13,200 nt of DNA, taken from Caedimonas varicaedens (GTDB lineage: Bacteria; Pseudomonadota; Alphaproteobacteria; Caedimonadales; Caedimonadaceae). The DNA is taken from NCBI GenBank assembly GCA_001192655.1, contig BBVC01000109.1, forward strand, positions 1 to 13,200. Reading direction: 5' to 3'. Made by a program: the position numbers and the translations under genes. The notes beneath the pieces were generated by a model. The model ran no database searches. It was not told the DNA's origin and saw nothing but the letters and a program-made list of their open reading frames with translations. Positions 1 to 6,003 of this stretch are shown in pieces. Every line of letters begins with the position of its first letter. The first letter of the stretch is position 1.

Positions 1-131
1 CCCCCATCCTCGTGCTTCTCCATCACCACAGGCGTAATCGGCACGTCTGCCTGCTCCCGCTCGTCACTCCACGTGCAGAGCATCCAGAATAAAATCAGCA
101 CAATCAGTCCTAAAAAAATGAACGGGGGCAT
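1..131 (-). CDS. partial CDS (5' part only, continues past the left edge): small protein with an N-terminal transmembrane helix
   Basis: Hand translation from ATG 131..129 on the minus strand gives MPPFIFLGLIVLILFWMLCTWSDEREQADVPITPVVMEKHEDGG, open to position 1. AAGGAG (145..140, minus strand) lies 8 nt upstream of the ATG. It is absent from the ORF track, presumably because it is truncated. Confidence 0.4.
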   Translation of the reverse strand, partial: MPPFIFLGLIVLILFWMLCTWSDEREQADVPITPVVMEKHEDG

Positions 132-263
132 TGCCTCTTCTCCTTAACATTAGGATAGCGTACAGATTCTTTTTTGGGAGCGTGCGGAAGAGACCTTTTT
201 TATCTCGTCAAACGGCGCTATGCTTGACACAGATGATTCAACCTTTAACAAGGACACCTCCCT

Positions 264-800
264 ATGACCGCGCGCACCTCTGCCCCTGTTTGGATTGTGG
301 ATTCCAAGAATGTCGGCAAAAGCAACCCTACGTATCCGTCCATGAAAATCGGCACACAGTTGATCAGCAGTTATGGCGGTGGGGATGTTGTTTCTCAGGG
401 GCAAGTCACTGTGCCTTTGAGCACAGCGCAGATTACAGGGATGTTTGCCAACCCTGTCCCGATTCTTCCTTCCCCTGGTGCGGGCTATGCGGTGGTGGTC
501 ACAGACTTTATCTTTTACCTCATCGCAGGAACAACCCCATTTCAGAAGGGAGGAAATGTGGAACTGTTTTATGCGAGTGGTAATAGTCGGAAAACATCCG
601 CCACAGGAAGTGTTAAGGCAGAGGTCGTCAACGCCGCAGCCAGTACAATCTCAACAAGTAATGCTCCTGGATTGGCTGTTCCAGCCACTGTTGCCCTAAT
701 GGCAAATTTTGGGTTGACCATTTCAAATTCAACCGACGCTTTTACCACCGGCAACGGATCGGCGAAGGTAACAGTGCTGTATACCGTGATTAGCTTGTAA
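264..800 (+). CDS. hypothetical protein, 178 aa, rich in small residues (A/T/S/G/V); no family recognised
   Basis: Longest ORF in this interval, with AAGGA about 10 nt upstream of ATG 264. No Cys, no obvious signal peptide or TM helix. About 57% GC in a hand-counted 60-nt sample (421-480). It is the only convincing plus-strand gene in the window. The competing ORF 131..583 is Cys/Arg/Trp-rich and looks like a frame shadow. Confidence 0.6.
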   Translation: MTARTSAPVWIVDSKNVGKSNPTYPSMKIGTQLISSYGGGDVVSQGQVTVPLSTAQITGMFANPVPILPSPGAGYAVVVTDFIFYLIAGTTPFQKGGNVELFYASGNSRKTSATGSVKAEVVNAAASTISTSNAPGLAVPATVALMANFGLTISNSTDAFTTGNGSAKVTVLYTVISL

Positions 801-1248
801 CTGTGGTATTATTCTTGATCCATTGTTGTAAATCTCTTCTTTTAAGACGCAAATCCTGATAAACGGGCTCTTTGTGTTTGTTGATAATGGAGGTGTAAAG
901 CCGATCATACGTCAAATTTCCGTAAGGCGGTTTTGAATCTTTTGGTATCTTTGTAATCCTTGTAGACGGTTTATTCAAAAAGACGAGCCGTCCATAAAGC
1001 GGAAGCTTTTGATCTTCAGTAAGATCGAAACAAATCAATCCTTCGTAATAATCTTTTTCACTAATGTTGAAGTGTTGACGGTTGAATTCTTGATAGTTGT
1101 TAAGAAGTTGTCGCCGCATAAGCTCAAGAGCAGAACTGATCGACATAAAAGGAGAGAAAAAATAATCATAGGCTTTATAAGCAATCATCCCCGCAGAAAG
1201 GGTCATGAGACTTATGCCAAGCCAAACATCCCAAGGTAACGCGATCAT
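790..1248 (-). CDS. membrane-anchored hypothetical protein, 152 aa (N-terminal TM helix plus charged soluble domain); last gene of the minus-strand array
   Basis: Strong SD (AGGAGAAGAAGGAG) directly upstream of ATG 1248. Hydrophobic segment ALPWDVWLGISLMTLSAGMIAY at the N-terminus. Hand-counted GC is 38% (841-900) and 32% (1021-1080), against 43-57% in samples from neighbouring genes. Confidence 0.65.
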   Translation of the reverse strand: MIALPWDVWLGISLMTLSAGMIAYKAYDYFFSPFMSISSALELMRRQLLNNYQEFNRQHFNISEKDYYEGLICFDLTEDQKLPLYGRLVFLNKPSTRITKIPKDSKPPYGNLTYDRLYTSIINKHKEPVYQDLRLKRRDLQQWIKNNTTVTS

Positions 1249-1266
1249 TCTTACTCCTTCTTCTCC

Positions 1267-1458
1267 TTAAAATGACAGATTCTTCTTCAATCGCTGATGT
1301 CGTTCCTTTTCCTTGTCTTCCAAGGCACGGGTATAGGCGCTCAGCGCTTGCCTGAACCTCTGCCAGGAGGGAGCATCTTTTTTAACCGCGTAAAAATCTT
1401 GCGCACTTTGTAAATTCAGGCGTGCTTGCGCGAGGGAGAGTGGGTCGTCTTCTATCAC
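1267..1458 (-). CDS. hypothetical small helical protein, 63 aa
   Basis: ORF in the operon frame. There is a 2-nt gap to the upstream gene's stop and an 18-nt gap to the next start. GGGAG lies about 9 nt upstream of ATG 1458. No family recognised. Confidence 0.5.
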   Translation of the reverse strand: MIEDDPLSLAQARLNLQSAQDFYAVKKDAPSWQRFRQALSAYTRALEDKEKERHQRLKKNLSF

Positions 1459-1460
1459 GG

Positions 1461-1682
1461 CTAATGCTCCCGCCCTGTGCGTTCCATCTCTTCAAAGATG
1501 AACGAATAGTAAATGCCCAGATTGAGACCATACCGCACAGCATCGCCGTTCATGCCCGAAGTGCCAAAGCTGTAACTGCCATCGTAATGTTTGGTGATGA
1601 TAAAGCACCCTGCCTCACCCCGTTGCTGGGCAATGAGATTTGCGGTGTCTTCCAAACTGTCAAAATGAGGCTTTTGAGTCAT
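1461..1682 (-). CDS. hypothetical protein, 73 aa (internal start chosen)
   Basis: The track ORF is 1461..1733. I prefer Met18 (ATG 1682..1680) because AAGGA sits 9-10 nt upstream (GAAGGATAATACCC-ATG) and this shortens the overlap with the upstream gene to 23 nt. Product starts MTQKPHFDSLEDTANLIAQQRGEAG. No family recognised. Confidence 0.45.
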   Translation of the reverse strand: MTQKPHFDSLEDTANLIAQQRGEAGCFIITKHYDGSYSFGTSGMNGDAVRYGLNLGIYYSFIFEEMERTGREH

Positions 1683-2265
1683 GGGTATTATCCTTCGCAA
1701 CATCAAAGGGCAGATTGACCTTAATCGGTTCAACGTCTGACTTGCCAGGATGCTGGTAGATCAAAAAACTGCTCGTGCCGTCAAACTTCCCTGACCACCG
1801 ATCCCAGTAAAAATCCCGTTCGTTCACGGAGAACGTCACGTAAAAAGCCGAGGTTTTGACGCGAATGTGCAGGTTGGTCACGGGATCGACCTTGTCATAG
1901 TCTTGGGGTGCGCGGGCAGGCAGAATCCTTGCCAGCAGACGGCGCAGAAAATATTTGAGGTCTCGGTAAATAATCTTCAATTCGTTGTTTTCGATAGCAA
2001 GGGGTTGGGCTTCTTCTTGCATAGGCGTGTCCTCCTGTGGGGTGAGTAAAGTATAGGATTTTTCAAAGATTCTTTTGTCGCAAGGGTATAGTTCTCCTTC
2101 AATGCCCTTGATCACATAGTCGCCTGCTTTGCCTCTCATTTTGCCGGCAAGACTGAGAATCATAAATTCTTCTTCTTGTTGAGAGGCTTGGACGTGCAAA
2201 GGTTTTTTGACGTACGTTTTCCAAAGGGTTCTATCGTTTGCTATAAAAAGTTCATTAGGTTGCAT
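1660..2265 (-). CDS. hypothetical phage-type protein, 201 aa
   Basis: The track ORF is 1660..2337. Start taken at Met25 (ATG 2265..2263) with GGAGA 7 nt upstream, giving an 11-nt overlap with the RuvC-like gene's stop. The N-terminal segment KAGDYVIKGIEGELYPCDKRIFEKSY resembles, from unverified memory, a small beta-barrel 'PGDYG-like' phage domain. The C-terminal half is unknown. Confidence 0.55.
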   Translation of the reverse strand: MQPNELFIANDRTLWKTYVKKPLHVQASQQEEEFMILSLAGKMRGKAGDYVIKGIEGELYPCDKRIFEKSYTLLTPQEDTPMQEEAQPLAIENNELKIIYRDLKYFLRRLLARILPARAPQDYDKVDPVTNLHIRVKTSAFYVTFSVNERDFYWDRWSGKFDGTSSFLIYQHPGKSDVEPIKVNLPFDVAKDNTHDSKASF

Positions 2266-2710
2266 GATAGAGTCTCCAGTAGAGCAGAGCCAGAGCGTCT
2301 GCCTCGTTATGATCTGTGACCTTATGGCCTCTGGCATTAACAGCTTGCATCACCTTTTCTTTGGAGGCAAGACCATTACCGGTGATAAACTTCTTGATGG
2401 TGCCCACCGGCACCCCTTCATAAGGGATGCCTTCTTGCTCGCACCATGCCGTTAAATGCGCCATAAAGCCTCCGTAGACGTGAGAAGCGTCTGTTCCTAT
2501 ATGACGGCGCACTTCTTCAAAATAGACCTCGCTGAGGCTGTTATTGAGGACTTTCATCTCGTCCAGCCATTTTCTGAACCGAAGGAAACGCATCCCCCCT
2601 CCTGAATAGCGGTCACCGGCAAAGGACGTCACCCCAGAGGTGATCTGGTTTTGGGCAGACACGGCCCAGCCTGTGGTGGTGCCGAGGTCGAGGGCGAGGG
2701 TTGTGGTCAT
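2255..2710 (-). CDS. RuvC-like Holliday junction resolvase (RNase H fold), 151 aa
   Basis: Catalytic acidic pattern typical of RuvC-family resolvases: LALDLGTTTGWAV (Asp), VYFEEVRR (Glu), DHNEADALALLYW (Asp/Asp). Size and phage replication context fit. Confidence 0.8.
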   Translation of the reverse strand: MTTTLALDLGTTTGWAVSAQNQITSGVTSFAGDRYSGGGMRFLRFRKWLDEMKVLNNSLSEVYFEEVRRHIGTDASHVYGGFMAHLTAWCEQEGIPYEGVPVGTIKKFITGNGLASKEKVMQAVNARGHKVTDHNEADALALLYWRLYHAT

Positions 2711-2737
2711 GTTTTTCTTTTCATGTTTAAAAAACTC

Positions 2738-2992
2738 CTAAAAATCGACATATTGCTCGGATATGTCGATGGGATCGACATATCTCTCAAGGCTTTTCCC
2801 TTGTTTCAACTCTGCCAGAAGCTCTTGCACCACGGGCAAGCGTTCTTCGGGCTTCAGGTTGCGTAAAAAGTCCTGTTTCAGCTTCATCCTAAAAATATCC
2901 TTGCTGGGAAGTCCGGTTACATAGGCGATGGCTTCTACCGAAGCATTCTGGCTTCTCAACATCTGTAAGGCGCGATCTTGTGCTGTCGTCAT
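2738..2992 (-). CDS. small helix-turn-helix protein, 84 aa (paralog of 3313..3558)
   Basis: HTH-like segment SVEAIAYVTGLPSKDIFRMK followed by an amphipathic helix ending ELLAELKQGK. GGAG lies 6 nt upstream of ATG 2992. Ungapped similarity to the 81-aa protein at 3313..3558 (see findings). Confidence 0.6.
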   Translation of the reverse strand: MTTAQDRALQMLRSQNASVEAIAYVTGLPSKDIFRMKLKQDFLRNLKPEERLPVVQELLAELKQGKSLERYVDPIDISEQYVDF

Positions 2993-2995
2993 CTT

Positions 2996-3316
2996 CTACT
3001 CCACCGGCATAATAATGACTTTTTTTTCAAAGAACGGCTTGGCATCAGACGGCGTGACCACTGGTTCACCGCGCATCAGCGCAATCTGCTCCTTGTCGGG
3101 CAACGCCACCAGAACTGTTCCCAGCAGCAACAAGATACCGCAGAGCCACCGCAGCCATTTCAGCTTGAAGCGTGCGAAGGTGATGTCGCTGTCCTTGTTT
3201 CCTACATCCGTAAAGAAATGAACGCCTGCTATGGTGGTACCCACCAGCAAGGCCAGCCAGATCAGGAATAACCCGTCGTTCAGATTTTGAAGGAGAATCC
3301 ATTTATAGTGACTCAT
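2996..3316 (-). CDS. small integral membrane protein, 106 aa, two predicted TM helices
   Basis: The track ORF is 2996..3349. Start taken at ATG 3316..3314, which forms an ATGA overlap with the upstream stop (3315..3313) and has AGGAGA 6 nt upstream. Hydrophobic segments: GLFLIWLALLVGTTIAGVHFF and WLRWLCGILLLLGTVLVAL. Confidence 0.55.
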   Translation of the reverse strand: MSHYKWILLQNLNDGLFLIWLALLVGTTIAGVHFFTDVGNKDSDITFARFKLKWLRWLCGILLLLGTVLVALPDKEQIALMRGEPVVTPSDAKPFFEKKVIIMPVE

Positions 3317-3558
3317 TGTGTTTCTCCTGCTTCTGTCTTTAATTCCCAATGAGGCTTGCCTTGCTCGATTTCTTCAATGACTTGTTTGACAAGGTCTAAA
3401 TGCTTTTTCTCAGGTAATCTTCTCACGATATCTTTTTTGAGTGCTAAATCGTCAATATTAGACCTCGAGAGTCCTGTCATGGTTGCTATTTCTGACGATC
3501 TCAAATTCACTTTATGAGTACCGATCAAATCCCACGCAATTTCATAGGCTGTTTTCAT
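3313..3558 (-). CDS. small helix-turn-helix protein, 81 aa (paralog of 2738..2992)
   Basis: HTH-like segment SSEIATMTGLSRSNIDDLAL followed by a helix ending QVIEEIEQGK. AAGGAAAG lies upstream of ATG 3558. The stop overlaps the next gene's start (ATGA). Confidence 0.6.
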   Translation of the reverse strand: MKTAYEIAWDLIGTHKVNLRSSEIATMTGLSRSNIDDLALKKDIVRRLPEKKHLDLVKQVIEEIEQGKPHWELKTEAGETQ

Positions 3559-3560
3559 GG

Positions 3561-3902
3561 TTACTTTCCTTTCGCTTTTTTGGTTTTTTCCTGTTTGATT
3601 TTCATAGGTTCGACAGGCAAGGTCTCTTCCAAAGGCAACAGTTGCATATATCCCGACCGCACAAGGGGCAAGATGTCCCTCTTCTGCAACTCCGTCAACA
3701 CCATTCCTATCCGTGCCATCACGTCGTTGTGACGCTCTGCGGACTTTTCCTGACAGTCCGTTTCATGAACAGTCAGCCATTCCTTGATTTCTGCCAGATG
3801 GTCATTCATGGCCAACCGATGCTCTTCTTCAAAACGGATGTGGTCACGGATGATTCCTGCCAGATCAACAATGCCCAGATGTTTTTTTAGCTGATTCAAC
3901 AT
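3561..3902 (-). CDS. hypothetical protein, 113 aa, helical with a Lys-rich tail
   Basis: Strong SD (GAAGGAGAAAAATAATC-ATG) with 2-nt gaps on both sides. The N-terminus MLNQLKKHLGIVDLAGIIRDH resembles the N-terminus of the upstream 154-aa protein. Confidence 0.55.
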   Translation of the reverse strand: MLNQLKKHLGIVDLAGIIRDHIRFEEEHRLAMNDHLAEIKEWLTVHETDCQEKSAERHNDVMARIGMVLTELQKRDILPLVRSGYMQLLPLEETLPVEPMKIKQEKTKKAKGK

Positions 3903-3904
3903 GA

Positions 3905-4369
3905 TTATTTTTCTCCTTCGGTGCGGATGGCGCGATAGAGTCCCTTGCCGGTTCTTTCAACCTTGCCTTCTGCCAACAGACGATACAAGGCGGCACTGGC
4001 GCGACCATGAGAGCATTTCAAACGTTCTGTCAGCGTACGAATAGGCATAGACCTGACCCGTGGTAGATGTTTGAGAAGACGGTCGTAAAACACCTGTGTG
4101 GATTGACGGGGGTTTCCTTTTTGGAACAATGCCTGCTTTTTTGGGAAAGTGACTTCCTTCGCTGGCGGCGCAACATTGGTGGTCAACGTATACCGGCGGA
4201 GTTGCGCTTGTTGCTCCTGCATTTGCATTTCCATCTGCTTGATATGCTGGTAAAGCTCCTTCCATCGTGAGGTGACAACCTCCCACTGAATATTCTTTTC
4301 TCGATGGTCTTGTTCAAGGAGAGAGTTCAGAGCAGCAATACCGAGCTTTCGTTGTAAATAGGTAAACAT
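3905..4369 (-). CDS. hypothetical DNA-binding protein, 154 aa: N-terminal coiled-coil-like region plus C-terminal winged-helix-like segment
   Basis: AAGGAG lies about 9 nt upstream of ATG 4369. The Gln/Glu/Met-rich heptad-like stretch KELYQHIKQMEMQMQEQQAQLRR suggests a coiled coil. The C-terminus IRTLTERLKCSHGRASAALYRLLAEGKVERTGKGLYRA looks like a MarR/wHTH recognition helix plus wing. Confidence 0.6.
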   Translation of the reverse strand: MFTYLQRKLGIAALNSLLEQDHREKNIQWEVVTSRWKELYQHIKQMEMQMQEQQAQLRRYTLTTNVAPPAKEVTFPKKQALFQKGNPRQSTQVFYDRLLKHLPRVRSMPIRTLTERLKCSHGRASAALYRLLAEGKVERTGKGLYRAIRTEGEK

Positions 4370-4398
4370 GATTTTAGGGCTCCTTTTGTTGAGTCTGG

Positions 4399-5373
4399 CT
4401 AATTTTTGTGAGTTTTGTCAAACGATTCCAAATTTAAATGCATCTGCTCGTCTTTAAGCGGGAACACGCTTTGTACCATGCGTTGAAACTGCTTCCAGTT
4501 CCCGCAAGCACGCATAAAGCAGATCAGCGCATGCAAGTGCTGAGACAGGGCAGGATGTCCCAGATCAGGGTTGAGATACTGGTGATGCCTGACCTTGCGG
4601 TATCCTTGCTCAACCACAGGGTTGCGCTTTTCCAGCTCTTCCAACACGCCAGGGGCGAGACGCTTGTAAACGATATCCCGTGTAATCTTTCCCACCTCCA
4701 AAGGTTTCTTTTGTTTGGTCAGACTGTTCCAGTCCCATCCTTTCAGGCGGAATATTTGACGATAGAAGTCATCGGGGAAGCGTTTAGCCCAAGCGACCAA
4801 CTCGGCACTCATGTAAGCCTTCAGGATTTTTTGCAGAGCTTTGTGTTCCCGATCATCTTCGTAGCCGGTAGCTTCGTCAATCAGAGCAATAATGCCCACC
4901 TTGGCGACAGTGCGGACAATCATCTCGGCTTGTTCTGCATACAAAGTTTGCTCTGGGTTCAAAACGCCGGCTCGATGGGCATCAATAAGTGCATTGCACA
5001 GATCAATTAAGAGAGTTGCTTCATAGCCATAAGTAGTCGGAATATGACCGCTGCTATTGGGACGTATGAACGCAATCTTTCGTTCAAATTTCTCTAAAAT
5101 CCCCGGGTCAAAAAAAGCCCCTAATCGAGGTGATTTTAGCAGATTTCCTAGCTTTTTTCCGGACACTTTTTCGCCTAATCCTAACGCCGCTTGCATCCCC
5201 CGTCCCGACAGTACGCGGGTACCATCTTCCAACACGTAACAGGAGATTTTCAGATTCCCAATCACCAGAGGGGTACGCCGTGACCCCCACTTGGCTTTCA
5301 AGAGCTTGAGGGACTTTGTTTTGCCAGGGGTCGTTAAACTGCCGGCTGTATTGGTTTCCGTTGTCATCATCAT
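4399..5373 (-). CDS. P63C-domain protein (phage Mx8 p63 C-terminal-like family; function unknown), 324 aa
   Basis: Motifs I recognise from this family: KISCYVLEDGTRVLSGRGMQAALG, ALIDEATGYEDDREH, WAKRFPDDFYRQIFRLKGW, KRLAPGVLEELEKRNP, RHHQYL. AAAGGAAAG lies upstream of ATG 5373. Not verified by search. Confidence 0.75.
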   Translation of the reverse strand: MMMTTETNTAGSLTTPGKTKSLKLLKAKWGSRRTPLVIGNLKISCYVLEDGTRVLSGRGMQAALGLGEKVSGKKLGNLLKSPRLGAFFDPGILEKFERKIAFIRPNSSGHIPTTYGYEATLLIDLCNALIDAHRAGVLNPEQTLYAEQAEMIVRTVAKVGIIALIDEATGYEDDREHKALQKILKAYMSAELVAWAKRFPDDFYRQIFRLKGWDWNSLTKQKKPLEVGKITRDIVYKRLAPGVLEELEKRNPVVEQGYRKVRHHQYLNPDLGHPALSQHLHALICFMRACGNWKQFQRMVQSVFPLKDEQMHLNLESFDKTHKN

Positions 5374-5486
5374 TTTTCTTTCCTTTCATTTCTTTCGTTT
5401 ATCAAAGTCACATTCAAATGAGGGTCACCCAAGCTCCATAATCGCTCGCAGAGCAAAGGGAAGGGTGTCAGGCTATGTTTGGTCAT
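5370..5486 (-). CDS. possible micro-protein, 38 aa (MTKHSLTPFPLLCERLWSLGDPHLNVTLINERNERKEK)
   Basis: Internal Met of track ORF 5370..5570. AAAGGAAAG lies 7 nt upstream of ATG 5486. Its TGA (5372..5370) forms an ATGA overlap with the first ATG of the P63C gene, and it overlaps the 125-aa ORF's end by 14 nt. It fills an otherwise unexplained 99-nt gap. No homology evidence. Confidence 0.3.
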   Translation of the reverse strand: MTKHSLTPFPLLCERLWSLGDPHLNVTLINERNERKEK

Positions 5487-5850
5487 CGGTCTTTCCTTTC
5501 GTTGCTGTAGGGTTATTCTGAGAGGCTGAGGGGAGAAGACGCACCCCGCGCAGGGGAAGGGGCACGCCACATTCCCGTAAAACAGATTCGAACATCTGCA
5601 ATCGTTTTGGGTTGTTTCTTAGAGACACCACCCAGTCTTCCAGGCAGAGGTTAAAGAGGTGGGGTCGTGTCAGCATCTGGTTGATCACACACGCCAACAC
5701 GTGCATCCATGTGCCGTCTTGGGTAATGAGCATATAGGGCTCATCCCCTTCACGGAGATGCAACAGGACATCATCGGCTCCTAAAGGCACGTCTTCCATC
5801 ATGATAGGGGGTTCTTTGCGACCACGGGGATAGGCGTAGGTGATACTCAT
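5473..5850 (-). CDS. hypothetical protein, 125 aa
   Basis: GGAGG lies 5 nt upstream of ATG 5850 (TGGAGGGGGCT-ATG). The ORF is in the operon orientation. No family recognised. Confidence 0.55.
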   Translation of the reverse strand: MSITYAYPRGRKEPPIMMEDVPLGADDVLLHLREGDEPYMLITQDGTWMHVLACVINQMLTRPHLFNLCLEDWVVSLRNNPKRLQMFESVLRECGVPLPLRGVRLLPSASQNNPTATKGKTDDQT

Positions 5851-5936
5851 AGCCCCCTCCAGCGAATATTATGGATGGTGCGAGTCTGACGTTTCCGTAA
5901 AAAGCGTTTGAGTTTTCTGAGCCAACGGGGGGTCAT
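5847..5936 (-). CDS. possible highly basic micro-protein, 29 aa (MTPRWLRKLKRFLRKRQTRTIHNIRWRGL)
   Basis: Hand translation. GAGGAG lies 8 nt upstream of ATG 5936..5934. The stop TGA 5849..5847 overlaps ATG 5850..5848 of the next gene (ATGA). It has 11 Arg/Lys in 29 residues. It is too short for the ORF track, and there is no homology evidence. Confidence 0.35.
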   Translation of the reverse strand: MTPRWLRKLKRFLRKRQTRTIHNIRWRGL

Positions 5937-6003
5937 CGGGGGGTCTCCTCATCTGGGGTATAGTTGTTTCTAAGACCTTCTTTGCTTGTCTTACACTCAC
6001 AAC

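Noticed and set aside
224-252. A perfect TTGACA at 224..229 as the -35 element of a promoter for the plus-strand gene.
   Set aside because: The best -10 candidates at 15-17 nt spacing (TAACAA, AACAAG) match TATAAT at 3/6 positions or fewer. The implied transcript start would also remove the gene's SD. I could not support any promoter in 132-263 on either strand.
131-583. A 150-aa plus-strand ORF overlapping the 264..800 gene in another frame.
   Set aside because: Its Cys/Arg/Trp/Pro-rich composition is typical of an off-frame shadow of a GC-rich gene. It would start inside the RBS/start of the minus-strand gene at 131. The 264..800 frame is longer and has protein-like composition.
3957-4286. 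Same-strand out-of-frame ORFs: 3957..4286, 5108..5389, 10785..11147, 3066..3302, 11259..11468 and 11941..12138.
   Set aside because: They are embedded in better-supported frames, lack RBSs, and their products look compositionally random. There is no slippery-site evidence for frameshifting into them.
4438-5010. Long antisense ORFs inside confident minus-strand genes: 4438..5010, 8501..8917, 7206..7592, 6903..7187, 10063..10377, 12011..12292, 12306..12584 and 3483..3890.
   Set aside because: All lie fully within, and opposite to, genes with strong motif support. They have no SDs and an odd composition rich in R, L, C and F. I treat them as frame shadows.
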